DNA of 64,000 nt from a bacterium (GTDB taxonomy: Bacteria > Patescibacteriota > CPR2 > UBA1875 > JAJYID01): NCBI GenBank assembly GCA_030647205.1, contig JAUSJO010000008.1, forward strand, positions 28,770-92,769, read 5' to 3'. A model generated the notes under the pieces. The model made no database searches, was not told the origin of the DNA, and was given only the letters and a program-made list of their open reading frames with translations. A program made the translations under genes and the position numbers. Shown one piece after another: positions 45,509-54,738 of this stretch (positions are counted from its first letter, which is position 1; each line of letters opens with the position of its first letter).

Positions 45509-46304
45509 TATTGTTTGTGCCTTGGCGTTAGTCATTATTGTCATTGCAACAACTGTGGTTTTGATCAAAAGATCTCCAGAGAAAAAATCAGAAGAGTTTA
45601 GAGATGTTCCAAAAATTGCCGAAACAAGGGTTGATGAAAGTGCCAGTCAGTGGCCGAGTACAAGCGCGAAGTACATTACCGCTGTGCCGGTAGACCTGAG
45701 CCAGATACAAAGTATTTCTAAGTATCGCAGTTGTGCGGGGCATGACTTTGCCGGGTATAGTTTTGAGCAGGTACAGGAAGCTAATCGCTCAATGAAGCAC
45801 TATGTCTATCCGACTCCGCAGTTTCAGGGGACGACTGACAAGGTCAAGGTGTTTGCTCCTTTTGACGGAGTGGTTTCAAAAGTTGAGCTTGAGAGTGAGG
45901 TAGCCGGTCAGCCCGGCAAGCGCCCTAAAACAGGAAATAGCATCACTTTTTCAACTGAGGTTGATAAAAATGTTGGTTTTGAGTTTAGTCACGTCTACTT
46001 CGCGGGAGATTTTAAAGTTGGTGACAAGGTGAAGGCGGGCGAACTGATCGGTTATGCCGCTCTAGGTGACAAGGGCAACGATTTTGACCTCGTACTTTCC
46101 GGGACGCGCCTAAAGAACGAGAAGGCATATGGTAGCGCTTTTGACCACATGACAGATAGCGTCCTCGCAGAGTTTGCCAAGTATGGTGTAACGCCTGAAA
46201 ATAATAAGTTTACTAAAGAATATCGAGATGCTAATCCCTGTGACTTCACTCAGCAACAACAAAGAGGTCGTACGGGCGCTGACTGGCTCCAGCTAAAACA
46301 CTGA
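45453..46304 (+). CDS. Membrane-anchored or secreted hypothetical protein
   Basis: N-terminal TM 'ILVIVCALALVIIVIATTVVLI'. 283 aa. The ATG lies only about 6 nt after a TAGAAT -10-like box, so the mRNA may be leaderless. Confidence 0.6.
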   Translation: MSNAFRKIIEFIEAKKILVIVCALALVIIVIATTVVLIKRSPEKKSEEFRDVPKIAETRVDESASQWPSTSAKYITAVPVDLSQIQSISKYRSCAGHDFAGYSFEQVQEANRSMKHYVYPTPQFQGTTDKVKVFAPFDGVVSKVELESEVAGQPGKRPKTGNSITFSTEVDKNVGFEFSHVYFAGDFKVGDKVKAGELIGYAALGDKGNDFDLVLSGTRLKNEKAYGSAFDHMTDSVLAEFAKYGVTPENNKFTKEYRDANPCDFTQQQQRGRTGADWLQLKH

Positions 46305-46403
46305 CATTCCAATATTCTCAAGAATGTAAGAATGTCGTTTTTTTGTTTCTGTATACTTGTTTCGCCACACATATTCCAATATTCTTGAGAATGTAAGAAT
46401 ATT
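46296..46403 (+). promoter_or_regulatory. Two copies of a ~32-bp palindromic operator-like repeat upstream of arsR
   Basis: 'acattccaatattctcaagaatgtaagaatgt' (46305-46336) and 'atattccaatattcttgagaatgtaagaatatt' (46371-46403). Each contains the inverted repeats attct-N3-agaat and acattc...gaatgt. A third copy lies at 46686-46718. Confidence 0.6.
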
Positions 46404-46416
46404 TTTTGGAGGGATT

Positions 46417-46686
46417 ATGAAGAAAACACCAAGACAACTTGAAAGACATTTAAAGGGTCTGGCAAATCATAGGCGCATTGAGATCCTGGACTGTATCGCC
46501 AGAAATGACGGGATAATACTAGAGTCAATCGCCGAGCACTTGGAGTGTAATGTAAAAACAATTTCAGAGCACACAAGAAGGTTGTATCAGGCTGGACTCG
46601 TAAACAAAAAGTATCACGGAAGGGCAGTAATGCACTCACTTTCTCCATATGGTAAGCAGTTTTATAGCTTCATAAAAAAGTTCTAA
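46417..46686 (+). CDS. ArsR/SmtB family transcriptional regulator
   Basis: 'LKGLANHRRIEILDCIARNDGIILESIAEHLECNVKTISEHTRRLYQAGLVNKKYHGRAVMHSL' has the ArsR wHTH layout. The start is set to the ATG at 46417, after SD 'ggaggg'; the longer ORF from 46357 would read through the operator repeats. Confidence 0.75.
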   Translation: MKKTPRQLERHLKGLANHRRIEILDCIARNDGIILESIAEHLECNVKTISEHTRRLYQAGLVNKKYHGRAVMHSLSPYGKQFYSFIKKF

Positions 46687-46718
46687 CATTCCAACATTCT
46701 GGAGAATGTGAGAATGTT
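46686..46718 (+). promoter_or_regulatory. Third copy of the arsR-associated palindromic repeat, downstream of arsR
   Basis: 'acattccaacattctggagaatgtgagaatgtt'. Confidence 0.5.
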
Positions 46719-46849
46719 AGTTCTAAGTAAGATTTTAGTCGTATCTTGAAAGTTTATTGTAAAAACGCTCAATGAAAAACATCGAGCATATGTTAGTATT
46801 TGTATAATATATGTTGGTTTCTTTAAACTATAAGTGAAGGGAGATAAAA

Positions 46850-47089
46850 ATGACTGAAGAAGAAGACAAAGAAAAAAGAAAAGAGCGTATTGATGAACAA
46901 GAGAGAGCAAAAGAGAGGGCAAGCGAAAGAGAAGTGGAGCGGATCAATATACAAGAAAGAGAAAAGCATCGATTGAATGAGAAAGAAGCGGATCGGATTG
47001 CAACAAAAGAGCGTGAAATACATCGATTAAATGAAAAAGAGGCAGAGCGAATTCGTATTAAAGAGCGGGATAGAAATCGCCGCCGCTGA
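46850..47089 (+). CDS. Highly charged repetitive (E/R/K-rich) small protein
   Basis: SD 'gaagggag'. 79 aa built of ER(I/E)xxKERExxRxNEKEA-type repeats. It is followed by the terminator at 47115-47150. The repetitive composition makes the coding call uncertain. Confidence 0.4.
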   Translation: MTEEEDKEKRKERIDEQERAKERASEREVERINIQEREKHRLNEKEADRIATKEREIHRLNEKEAERIRIKERDRNRRR

Positions 47090-47114
47090 AGTTTGTGTTT
47101 TTAAATAAGTGAAA

Positions 47115-47150
47115 ACAAAAAAGAGGCGGCCTTGTGGGGCCGCCTCTTGT
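47115..47150. terminator. Bidirectional Rho-independent terminator
   Basis: aaaaaagaggcggcc-ttgtg-ggccgcctctt. It serves the convergent genes at 46850 (+) and 47195 (-). Confidence 0.7.
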
Positions 47151-47194
47151 AGTAGCTTTGCTACTTAAGTTGCGATCATGTCTGGCGACATGAT

Positions 47195-48166
47195 TTATAT
47201 ATCACTGAACGAAGGAGCGAAATGACCGATCATGCGGTAACCGTCCATGAAGTAGAGTGTGGAGTGACCAATGTTACCTCCAAGAAAATTCACACCTTCA
47301 GGTACGATAATGTTGATTGAGTCTGCGCCATATCGCGGTGTTGCGGGGAAGTCGGCTTTGGCTACAAAGAAGTCTCTCTGCTGTCGTGAGAACGGATAGG
47401 TATAGTGGTGAGTTACTTCTCCGCCATTTTTGCGGAAGCCTTCGAGCCAGTCACGGTATTCCCCTATGGAAGCGTGGACCAACCTGTCGGCAACTATCTT
47501 TTGCCCATCTTCGTTGATCACCTCAGAAGGCATTAGTGTCATATAAGCACTGATAGTTGTACCCATACGCCGGCTGAGCTCATTGGCTACGAAGGAGATA
47601 CCCTTCGAAACGAATCGATCCATCGGAGCTCCGATGTGTTGTTCCCGGATGTGTTCGTTGTACTCTAGGAGACCCCGAACGTTTCTACACTCATCTTGAA
47701 AACTCAGAGATCCCCAATGGATAAGATACTGGATTGTTCTGATATATTTAGGCTCCAGACCTTTTATTGACTCAGGGTTACGGAAAGACTCTGTGATAAC
47801 CCGACTTTCCTGATCGACTGCCTTGACAATCAAGTCACCGGTCGTGACTTCTGAAACGTAGCCGTTTGTGAAGCTGCTAATGGCAACTACACCATCAAGT
47901 GCGAAATGGGTTTGATTATGCATGTGGGATGAATGCCCTTTTTCGGCTTCCGGATGATCTTCCAGATATGCTTGTAGTTCCGCGATAGCTAGATCACGGA
48001 GTATGGAAGGATCCATATTCTCATAATCCACGGTATGGTCGATACGACCGAAGCGCCCTGTCTGATAGCTAGTGCTGGAAGCCGGCCTGCTCTTCGTAGC
48101 CGCGCTGGCGCCTCCAAGCAGGAGGATTAACAGGATGATAACTATCAATGGGTCCATTAGGGACAC
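47195..48166 (-). CDS. Hypothetical protein with an N-terminal signal or TM segment
   Basis: 'MSLMDPLIVIILLILLLGGASAA' followed by a 300-aa body of unknown family. It is divergent from the ADP-ribosylglycohydrolase gene. Confidence 0.6.
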   Translation of the reverse strand: MSLMDPLIVIILLILLLGGASAATKSRPASSTSYQTGRFGRIDHTVDYENMDPSILRDLAIAELQAYLEDHPEAEKGHSSHMHNQTHFALDGVVAISSFTNGYVSEVTTGDLIVKAVDQESRVITESFRNPESIKGLEPKYIRTIQYLIHWGSLSFQDECRNVRGLLEYNEHIREQHIGAPMDRFVSKGISFVANELSRRMGTTISAYMTLMPSEVINEDGQKIVADRLVHASIGEYRDWLEGFRKNGGEVTHHYTYPFSRQQRDFFVAKADFPATPRYGADSINIIVPEGVNFLGGNIGHSTLYFMDGYRMIGHFAPSFSDI

Positions 48167-48372
48167 ATCCTTTCTGTTTGTTTGATTTATTTTAGTTAAA
48201 AAGGGGCTCCAATGCTTTTATGTTATTATGCATGGGATTGGTACATCATAACATAAAGACTATAAAATGTCAATGAGGATATCGTTGTAGATGAGAAGGG
48301 GGAAGAGTGTAAATAAAGCACTTGACTTTGTTAGTGTATTTGATACAATATCATTAACAACTATAAGGAGGA

Positions 48373-49356
48373 GTGATGAACATTGATACGAAGGCCCGCG
48401 CCGTTGGATGCATGATAGGAGCTGCCTATGGTGATGCTCTTGGCGCTCCAGTCGAGTTTATGAGCTATGAGGAGATAGTTGCCAAGCATGGTGCCGAAGG
48501 TATAGATGTGCCGGATGTACGCTGGGAAGGTCTGCCGCCTGGGATTATCACTGATGATACTCAGATGGCTATGGCGACCGCAAACGGTATACTCGACTCT
48601 CCCGGTCAAGGAGACGTACTTGAGAATATCTTCAAAAGGTATCTCGAGTGGAGAGAGTATATCAGGCACAATCGAAGAGGTGCCGGCAAAACCTGCAGGG
48701 AGTCACTTGACTCCGGTGTCATGGGAACGATCGAAAAACCGCTGAACGAAGGCAAAGGATGCGGTGGAGTGATGAGAGCCCACCCTGTTGGTATCGCCTT
48801 TCGGGAAAGTCCGGAAAGGGCTTTTGAGATCGGTATGCGTTCCGGAGCGATCACCCACGGTACACCCGAGGCGTATGTGCCATCAGGAGTCATCGCGAGT
48901 ATCGTCTCGCATATCTTCTTCGGAGCGACTCTTGAAGGGGCAGCGAAAATGGCTCTCGTTCAAGCCGAAAACCTGGGCGAGGAAAAAAGCCGGGAAACAG
49001 TCAATTTCCTGAAAATGGCTCTCGATGCAGCAACCGATCAAGCGGTTCAGACTATTCACGATAAGCTGTCTGTGCCTAACGCAACAATGAAAGGCGGCGG
49101 TTGGCTCGGATATGACGCTCTGGCCATCGGCTTATATGCCGCGAGGGTCAGCCTGGATGATCCGGTCAAAGCTGTAAAAATCGCAGTTAACCACAGTGGT
49201 GACAGCGACTCTACGGGCGACATCACCGGCGCAATGATGGGCGCAATCTTTGGTCCGGAGCCATTCCTTAAAGAACTGGACAAGACCGGGATAGCTCTCG
49301 AGCACAGAGAAGAGCTCATTTCCATGGGTGAACGTCTTGCTATCTGGCAACCGTAA
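48373..49356 (+). CDS. ADP-ribosylglycohydrolase family protein (DraG/ARH-like)
   Basis: 'GCMIGAAYGDALGAPVEF' and 'ITDDTQMAMA' are the family signatures. The C-terminus has the Asp-rich metal site 'NHSGDSDSTGDITGAMMG'. A candidate promoter (TTGACT, 16-nt spacer, TACAAT) lies at about 48323-48351. Confidence 0.85.
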   Translation: MMNIDTKARAVGCMIGAAYGDALGAPVEFMSYEEIVAKHGAEGIDVPDVRWEGLPPGIITDDTQMAMATANGILDSPGQGDVLENIFKRYLEWREYIRHNRRGAGKTCRESLDSGVMGTIEKPLNEGKGCGGVMRAHPVGIAFRESPERAFEIGMRSGAITHGTPEAYVPSGVIASIVSHIFFGATLEGAAKMALVQAENLGEEKSRETVNFLKMALDAATDQAVQTIHDKLSVPNATMKGGGWLGYDALAIGLYAARVSLDDPVKAVKIAVNHSGDSDSTGDITGAMMGAIFGPEPFLKELDKTGIALEHREELISMGERLAIWQP

Positions 49357-49365
49357 GCCAAACTA

Positions 49366-49400
49366 CTCCCCCACGTAACATAAGTGGGGGAGTTTTCTAT
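49366..49400 (+). terminator. Rho-independent terminator
   Basis: ctcccccac-gtaacataa-gtgggggag followed by TTTTCTATTT. Confidence 0.7.
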
Positions 49401-49464
49401 TTAGTCTAAAATCTTGATAGAACAGCAAAATGAGGTATACTAAAGCTATAATAAGGAGTTTGTT

Positions 49465-49734
49465 ATGTCAGGAGAAAACTTTACTTTAGAAGAAGCGAAA
49501 GAAATGGGCGAAAGCCTAGGAATAGAGTGGGACATGTTTGACGTTGAGCAGTTTCAAATGGGTATGAATGTAGAGCTTGAACATGGAACGATGCACAGGG
49601 TATCAAATATTACTAATGACAATCCTGAGATGACCGCAAAGATTGCACTTGCCCACCTAAATGAAATCCGCGACTACTATACTCGTCTTGAAGCTATGGA
49701 AAAAGAAGGCGAAGCATTCTGGGAAGGGAAATAG
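49465..49734 (+). CDS. Small hypothetical protein (DUF5661-like)
   Basis: 89 aa with SD 'aaggag'. 'EEAKEMGESLGIEWD...MGMNVELEHG' resembles the DUF5661 family. Confidence 0.45.
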   Translation: MSGENFTLEEAKEMGESLGIEWDMFDVEQFQMGMNVELEHGTMHRVSNITNDNPEMTAKIALAHLNEIRDYYTRLEAMEKEGEAFWEGK

Positions 49735-49738
49735 TTCT

Positions 49739-50500
49739 ATGAAAATAACACTTCTTGGGACTGGTTCATTTGTTTCGGATCTTGAACATATGGGGCCGGG
49801 GTATCTCTTGGAAACGGACGATAAAAAAATTCTGGTTGATACAGGTTGTGGGGTCCAGATACAGCTCATTAAACTGGGTATAAACATTTATGACCTTGAT
49901 TATATATTTATCACTCACTTTCATCCCGATCACACAGTGGAACTCTACTCTATGTTGGTCAGAAGGTATATGCTCTCTGCTTTTTATGGAAAGGATCCAA
50001 GGCCTCTATATGTTTACGGCCCAAAAGGGATAGCTGAGTTTATAAAAGGAATCGCAAAAATACATCAACTGGATCTAGTTCCTCAATTTAAAGAAATATA
50101 TTTTGAAGAGCTGGTTGATAAAATGAAAGAGCTGGACAACTTTAGTGTAGAAGCGTTTGCGGTTGATCATTTAAACTCCGACGCGGTTTCGTACAGGTTT
50201 CAGGCGGAAGGCAAAAAAGTTGTTTTTTCCGGAGATACTAAGCTTTGCGAAGGGATTCAAAAAGCGATACAGGATGTCGACCTCTTCATTACTGACTGTT
50301 CCGCCCCAAAAGATAATCCTATCGAACCGCATCTTTTGACAACTGAGATAGGTGAAATTTCTAAAAAAGCAAATGTAAAAAAAGTAGTTTTATCACATTT
50401 ACTCCCTCTGGGCTACGACACAGACCTGGTCTCTGAAGTGAAAGAAAAGTTTGATGGTGAGGTAGTTTTAGGTAAAGATTTGATGGAACTAGAGGTCTAG
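49739..50500 (+). CDS. MBL-fold metallo-hydrolase
   Basis: 'FITHFHPDHT' (HxHxDH), with downstream His/Asp ligands ('AVDHLNSD', 'VLSHLLP'). The start is trimmed to the ATG at 49739 (MKITLLGTGSF). Confidence 0.85.
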   Translation: MKITLLGTGSFVSDLEHMGPGYLLETDDKKILVDTGCGVQIQLIKLGINIYDLDYIFITHFHPDHTVELYSMLVRRYMLSAFYGKDPRPLYVYGPKGIAEFIKGIAKIHQLDLVPQFKEIYFEELVDKMKELDNFSVEAFAVDHLNSDAVSYRFQAEGKKVVFSGDTKLCEGIQKAIQDVDLFITDCSAPKDNPIEPHLLTTEIGEISKKANVKKVVLSHLLPLGYDTDLVSEVKEKFDGEVVLGKDLMELEV

Positions 50501-50862
50501 TGAAAATCTGGAATTTGAGAATTAGGAAAGAAGATAAAGGAATTTTTGACCGGATTAAGTCCGGTGAGAAAACCATAGAAACACGGCCGCTAAATGCTCC
50601 GGATTCAAAGAAAGACTATTCACAGATAGCATCTGGCGATAAACTTATATTTTCTTGTGACGGTGAAAAGTTGTATAAAAATGTCGAGGCAGTAAGGATC
50701 TATAAAGATTTTGAACAATATTTAGATACGGAAGATTTGGAAAATATTTTAGGGAAGGGAATGACCAAGGAAGTTGCCAGAGATATCCATTACGGTTTCC
50801 CAGGATGCAAAGAACGGCTTGAAAAGTATGGTATTATAGCTATGGATATGGAGCAAAAATGA
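50500..50862 (+). CDS. ASCH (PUA-like) domain protein
   Basis: 120 aa. 'IFDRIKSGEKTIETRP...GDKLIFS' fits ASCH. Overlap-coupled to the MBL gene. Confidence 0.55.
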   Translation: MKIWNLRIRKEDKGIFDRIKSGEKTIETRPLNAPDSKKDYSQIASGDKLIFSCDGEKLYKNVEAVRIYKDFEQYLDTEDLENILGKGMTKEVARDIHYGFPGCKERLEKYGIIAMDMEQK

Positions 50863-52127
50863 ACGAAGGTGGCAAATATAACCCGGCAGAAGGCTCAGAC
50901 GTATCTGGGCACAATGATATAGATGAAAACAATGAACTCGCCGATGAAAAGATTGAGAGAAGTTTTCTTGTTTCAGGGTTGCCGGAAAAGTTAGAAAATT
51001 ACGATTACTATGAGGTGGAGGAGACTTCATCTTCGGGAAAACCTAGGAAAATTTACAGAGGAGATAGTTTGGGGAAGGGGGATTATGTTAAAGTCAGCGG
51101 AATATATGTCAGGAAAGACTATCTAGAGCAGCCGTCTCATATCCCTAACAAAAAAGCGATCAGGGATAGATATGAAATACCATATGAAGATCCAAATCTG
51201 GGAGAAATAACCATTCATTTAGATATTTTCAAAGAACCTCTCAATAACAAGGGTGCCGTAATGGCTAATGTTGACTTTGCTAGCGAAGAAGACGCCAAGG
51301 CCTTCACACCGCCAGACTGGTTTACAGAGGAAACAACAGAAGAGATGGCAGAGGATATGAAGAAAGGGGTATCTATATTTTCGGGGACACTTATTCCTCA
51401 AAGAGCTATTCTTGGTGAGGCGCTAGGCAGGTTAAAACAGTCTGATTTTTATACAAAATCGGCTAAAACACAAGCCGATATCAAAAACAAGGACTTTGAT
51501 TGGGGGCAAGAAGATCAAAGAGTTAGGGATTTTAGAGACCAGGTAGAGGCCGAGAAATCTTTGATGGAGAAGAAGGATGGGTTAAGCTTTGATGAGCTCA
51601 AGAGAGGTGATGTTTTTATCTTTGAGACAGTTAGAGATATAAAGTTTGAGGCGGAAAAATATCTTGATAGGTTAGAGCAAAGAATCAATAATCTGCAAGA
51701 AGGTGATCCTGCAAGAAGGAAAATGACAGAACTGCTCAACCGAGGCAGGGTCTTGCTTGAATATGCCGATCTTAAACCGGTTGGCGATGGGGAGAGGCAG
51801 CATGATTTTGATACATTAAGAGATGCCATCAGTGAATACCCAGACTTTTTCGAGGCCCAAGATGTTAGCGGTAGATATAGAGTTGAGGTTACGGGGAAAA
51901 GGAAGCTGCGTGTCAGGGGAGGAGAAAAAGAAGACTGTTTACTAGTAAAAATGGACAGCGATAGTCGGGGAGAAGATGGTCTCACGGCTAGAATCGCAAA
52001 AAAAGACTTTAGTCTGGAGAACTTATCCGAGAGTTTGGGTAGGATTTACTTCGAGAATGTTAAACGGGGTGGAGAACCGCATGCGGGCGGGATGTCGATA
52101 CCGAGAATTGGCAGAGTATATAAGTAG
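50859..52127 (+). CDS. Hypothetical protein with an N-terminal degenerate CYTH-like motif
   Basis: Residues ~30-45, 'DEKIERSFLVSGLPEKL', mirror the CYTH N-terminal strand 'EIERKFLVxxLPxxL', but the first Glu and the Lys of ExExK are replaced (K...S). The 422-aa body is charged and helical. Confidence 0.55.
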   Translation: MNEGGKYNPAEGSDVSGHNDIDENNELADEKIERSFLVSGLPEKLENYDYYEVEETSSSGKPRKIYRGDSLGKGDYVKVSGIYVRKDYLEQPSHIPNKKAIRDRYEIPYEDPNLGEITIHLDIFKEPLNNKGAVMANVDFASEEDAKAFTPPDWFTEETTEEMAEDMKKGVSIFSGTLIPQRAILGEALGRLKQSDFYTKSAKTQADIKNKDFDWGQEDQRVRDFRDQVEAEKSLMEKKDGLSFDELKRGDVFIFETVRDIKFEAEKYLDRLEQRINNLQEGDPARRKMTELLNRGRVLLEYADLKPVGDGERQHDFDTLRDAISEYPDFFEAQDVSGRYRVEVTGKRKLRVRGGEKEDCLLVKMDSDSRGEDGLTARIAKKDFSLENLSESLGRIYFENVKRGGEPHAGGMSIPRIGRVYK

Positions 52128-52152
52128 AACTTATATTGCATTGCCTGAAGTA

Positions 52153-52180
52153 TTGACAAAATCAATTTATTTGGTATAAT
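52153..52180 (+). promoter_or_regulatory. Sigma70-like promoter (TTGACA-16-TATAAT) with a ~130-nt leader before the AAA+ gene
   Basis: TTGACA at 52153-52158 and TATAAT at 52175-52180. Confidence 0.55.
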
Positions 52181-52308
52181 TGATTAGTTTTAAACTGCTT
52201 ATTTTTAAGTCAGGTTTTATGCCCTTTTAAAAGTGAAAAGGAGGAATCATCTACTAGCTAGCCAAAGTTTTCTTTATTGTCAATCCAACAAAAGATTGGA
52301 GCCCAAAA

Positions 52309-53562
52309 GTGGTAAGAGCAAACTTAAAAAAGCCCTCTGTAGTAGAAATGAAAGAAGTGATTGCGATTTCGGAGAAGATGAGGAGGATAGAAGCTGATCT
52401 GAATGATATTTTCCCTGAAAGGGAATTTCTCATCCGTCAGATTATCATGGCTCTTTTAACCAAAGAGCACATCATGGTGTACGGTGAGTACGGTACTGCC
52501 AAGTCAGACCTTACCCGTACGCTTTTTGAAACCATCACCGATGGCGAAGTGTTTTCTATTGCTCTCACCAAGTTCATGGCGGAGTCATCGTTCATCGGCA
52601 TTCCGAATCCGAAAATCATGGCCGAGGAAGGCCGTCTTGAGTACGATGTCAACTCCGGAATACTGGTAGCGGACTTCGTCGAGCTGGACGAGTTCCTGGA
52701 TGCATCTGATCCCACGCAAAGGACGTTCCTTGGGATCCTCAATGAGCGCGTTTTTAAACGCGGAAGACAAACGGAACTTGCAAGACTGCATACCGCAGTG
52801 GCATCAACAAACGGTAATCCGCGGGAGGCCCTTGCGAATAAGGATGATCTGGGCGCGGTGCTCGATCGCTTTTTGTACTGGTCACACGTCGGTTACTTAA
52901 AGGAACCGGAAAGCCGCCTGAAGATGTATGCAAAGTACCTCTCTGGCTCCAAGCCGGCAGAGACGGTATCTCTGGCAGAACTGCAGAAGATATCAAAAGT
53001 CGTAGTGAATCCGTGTCAGATAACCGACCCAGAGATTATCGAGGTTTATGATATGGTGATCGAGGCAGTGGCTGAGCACTCCCTGGATGGCAAAGTCAGC
53101 GACCGGAGAAAGTGTAAACTCACGACTCTCTTGGAAGCCAACGCAATATATCATGGCAGGTATGAAGTGTACCTCGATGACATTGCGGCTGTCCGCTACG
53201 GCATCCTCGACAACAGCGATCCTGATAAAGTGGCTCATGTGGATGAGATCATCGCGAACATCATCGAAACCTACAAAGTAGAGAGGGCAAAGTCCAACCC
53301 GGACGATGCCTACCTCGACCTGCTGGGCAAGTACGATGAAGAGGTTCAGGCAGTTTTAAACAACGGTTTCGATCAGATGCCGTTTGATGAGCTGTCAAAT
53401 GTCGTTGCAGATCTTCAGGAGATAAGGTCCAAGGTTGAAAACATAACCCCGGGCCTGCCGAAAGTCCAGGAAAAGAGGATGCAGATCCTAAGCGACGTCG
53501 ATGCTCTGGTTGAGCGCGCAATCGCGAGGTTTACCCAAAGCAACCAGCGTGTAACTATCTAG
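52309..53562 (+). CDS. MoxR-like AAA+ ATPase with an atypical Walker A (GEYGTAKS)
   Basis: 'IMVYGEYGTAKSDLTRTLF' is a P-loop with Ala in place of the second conserved Gly. 'ILVADFVELDEF' is Walker B-like. It is paired with a downstream vWA gene, as in classical MoxR-vWA (CoxD/CoxE-type) pairs. The GTG start at 52309 is uncertain; an ATG at 52349 is an alternative. Confidence 0.65.
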   Translation: MVRANLKKPSVVEMKEVIAISEKMRRIEADLNDIFPEREFLIRQIIMALLTKEHIMVYGEYGTAKSDLTRTLFETITDGEVFSIALTKFMAESSFIGIPNPKIMAEEGRLEYDVNSGILVADFVELDEFLDASDPTQRTFLGILNERVFKRGRQTELARLHTAVASTNGNPREALANKDDLGAVLDRFLYWSHVGYLKEPESRLKMYAKYLSGSKPAETVSLAELQKISKVVVNPCQITDPEIIEVYDMVIEAVAEHSLDGKVSDRRKCKLTTLLEANAIYHGRYEVYLDDIAAVRYGILDNSDPDKVAHVDEIIANIIETYKVERAKSNPDDAYLDLLGKYDEEVQAVLNNGFDQMPFDELSNVVADLQEIRSKVENITPGLPKVQEKRMQILSDVDALVERAIARFTQSNQRVTI

Positions 53563-53577
53563 GGAAAAAGGAGAGTC

Positions 53578-54726
53578 ATGGATTACATAATACCGATAGT
53601 GGCTCTCGCTCTCCTTATGCTACTGCTACTACTTCTTATTAAGTATTTTTTGCGTAAACGCCGACAGGCTGAAATGCAAAGATACCTTGAGGAGTTGGAA
53701 GCTGCAGAGTCATCAGGATCCTCACAGTCTTTAAGTTCCGGTGAATCAACAGGACAAGGCGAGGGAGATTCTGAGGCGGCGGATGAGAGCAAGGAGGCAG
53801 AGGAAAGAGAAGCTCTGAGGCAGATGCTGCTCACACAAGCGGCCAGGAAAAAGAAGGAGCTTGCTGAGAAGATGGTGGGTGTTAAGCAGATCATAGCTAA
53901 AAACAACGCACTCTCGCAAGTTCTTTGTCAAAAAGCCGGAATGTCGCACATGTCGCTTCAGCAAATGAACGACGAAGAGACAGTCAGACAGATCGCGAAG
54001 CGAATGAAGAAAGCAGACATTGAGGTATTTAAACTGGCAGCGTCTCAGCAGGATATTCAGTTTAATCTGAAGTCCGAAACGACGAGAGAGCCAGTGCCAT
54101 ATCCGACTAACGATATGGAGCCCACACCGATGTCTGACTTCGATCAGATGCCGCAGATCATGGAGACCCAGAAGTATGAGCTCGGAGAGCAGTATTATTC
54201 CGAGTTGGCACAGCAAAGGGTGCTCGTCATGCAGTCCTACGAAAGTAAGACCCAAAGGAAGCTCCTATATATACTTATGGATGTTTCCGGATCGATGGCG
54301 GACGACATGAATAATGGGTTCCCAAGACATGTATGGGCTCGGGGTATCGCGCTAAATCTCATGCTCGAAGCACTTGAGGGTAAGGCTAAATACTTCTATC
54401 GGCCATTTGACGGTGAAACACATCGTCTGATGCAGGTGGAAAATCGTGATGAGGCGAGAAACGCGATAGCTGCCGTGGAGAGCACTGGTTTCTCCGGTGG
54501 CGGGACTGATATACCGAATGCTATAGCTCGTGCATGTAAGGATATCAGAACCAAGGGCGGAGATATCGGCAAAGCCGACATTCTTCTCATAACCGACGGG
54601 AGGTCCGATATGAACCCCGCGGAAATGAAAAACACCTTAGGAGATATCAAACTTCACACTATAGTGCTCGGCCTTTCTTCCGAGGAGCTCAAGGAGATAT
54701 CCTCAACTTATAAGCAAATAAGCTAG
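53578..54726 (+). CDS. von Willebrand factor A (vWA) domain protein with an N-terminal TM helix and a coiled-coil linker
   Basis: N-terminal TM 'IIPIVALALLMLLLLLLI'. MIDAS residues 'LMDVSGSM' (DxSxS), 'GGGTDI' (Thr) and 'LITDGRSD' (Asp). Confidence 0.8.
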   Translation: MDYIIPIVALALLMLLLLLLIKYFLRKRRQAEMQRYLEELEAAESSGSSQSLSSGESTGQGEGDSEAADESKEAEEREALRQMLLTQAARKKKELAEKMVGVKQIIAKNNALSQVLCQKAGMSHMSLQQMNDEETVRQIAKRMKKADIEVFKLAASQQDIQFNLKSETTREPVPYPTNDMEPTPMSDFDQMPQIMETQKYELGEQYYSELAQQRVLVMQSYESKTQRKLLYILMDVSGSMADDMNNGFPRHVWARGIALNLMLEALEGKAKYFYRPFDGETHRLMQVENRDEARNAIAAVESTGFSGGGTDIPNAIARACKDIRTKGGDIGKADILLITDGRSDMNPAEMKNTLGDIKLHTIVLGLSSEELKEISSTYKQIS

Positions 54727-54738
54727 GATGTCCCACAA

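Noticed and set aside
46296-46718. Possible CRISPR array of ~30-bp repeats
   Set aside because: There are only three copies with irregular spacing (about 66 bp, then about 283 bp spanning a regulator gene). Each repeat is a nested palindrome typical of an operator. No cas genes adjoin.
51515-51985. 156-aa Ser/Leu-rich minus-strand ORF
   Set aside because: It lies entirely within the 50859-52127 plus-strand gene, and its composition is typical of an antisense frame.
53583-54255. Minus-strand ORFs of 107 and 169 aa inside the vWA gene
   Set aside because: They are antisense to a gene with a complete MIDAS motif and a coherent TM plus coiled-coil architecture. Their composition is low-complexity (L/R/H-rich).
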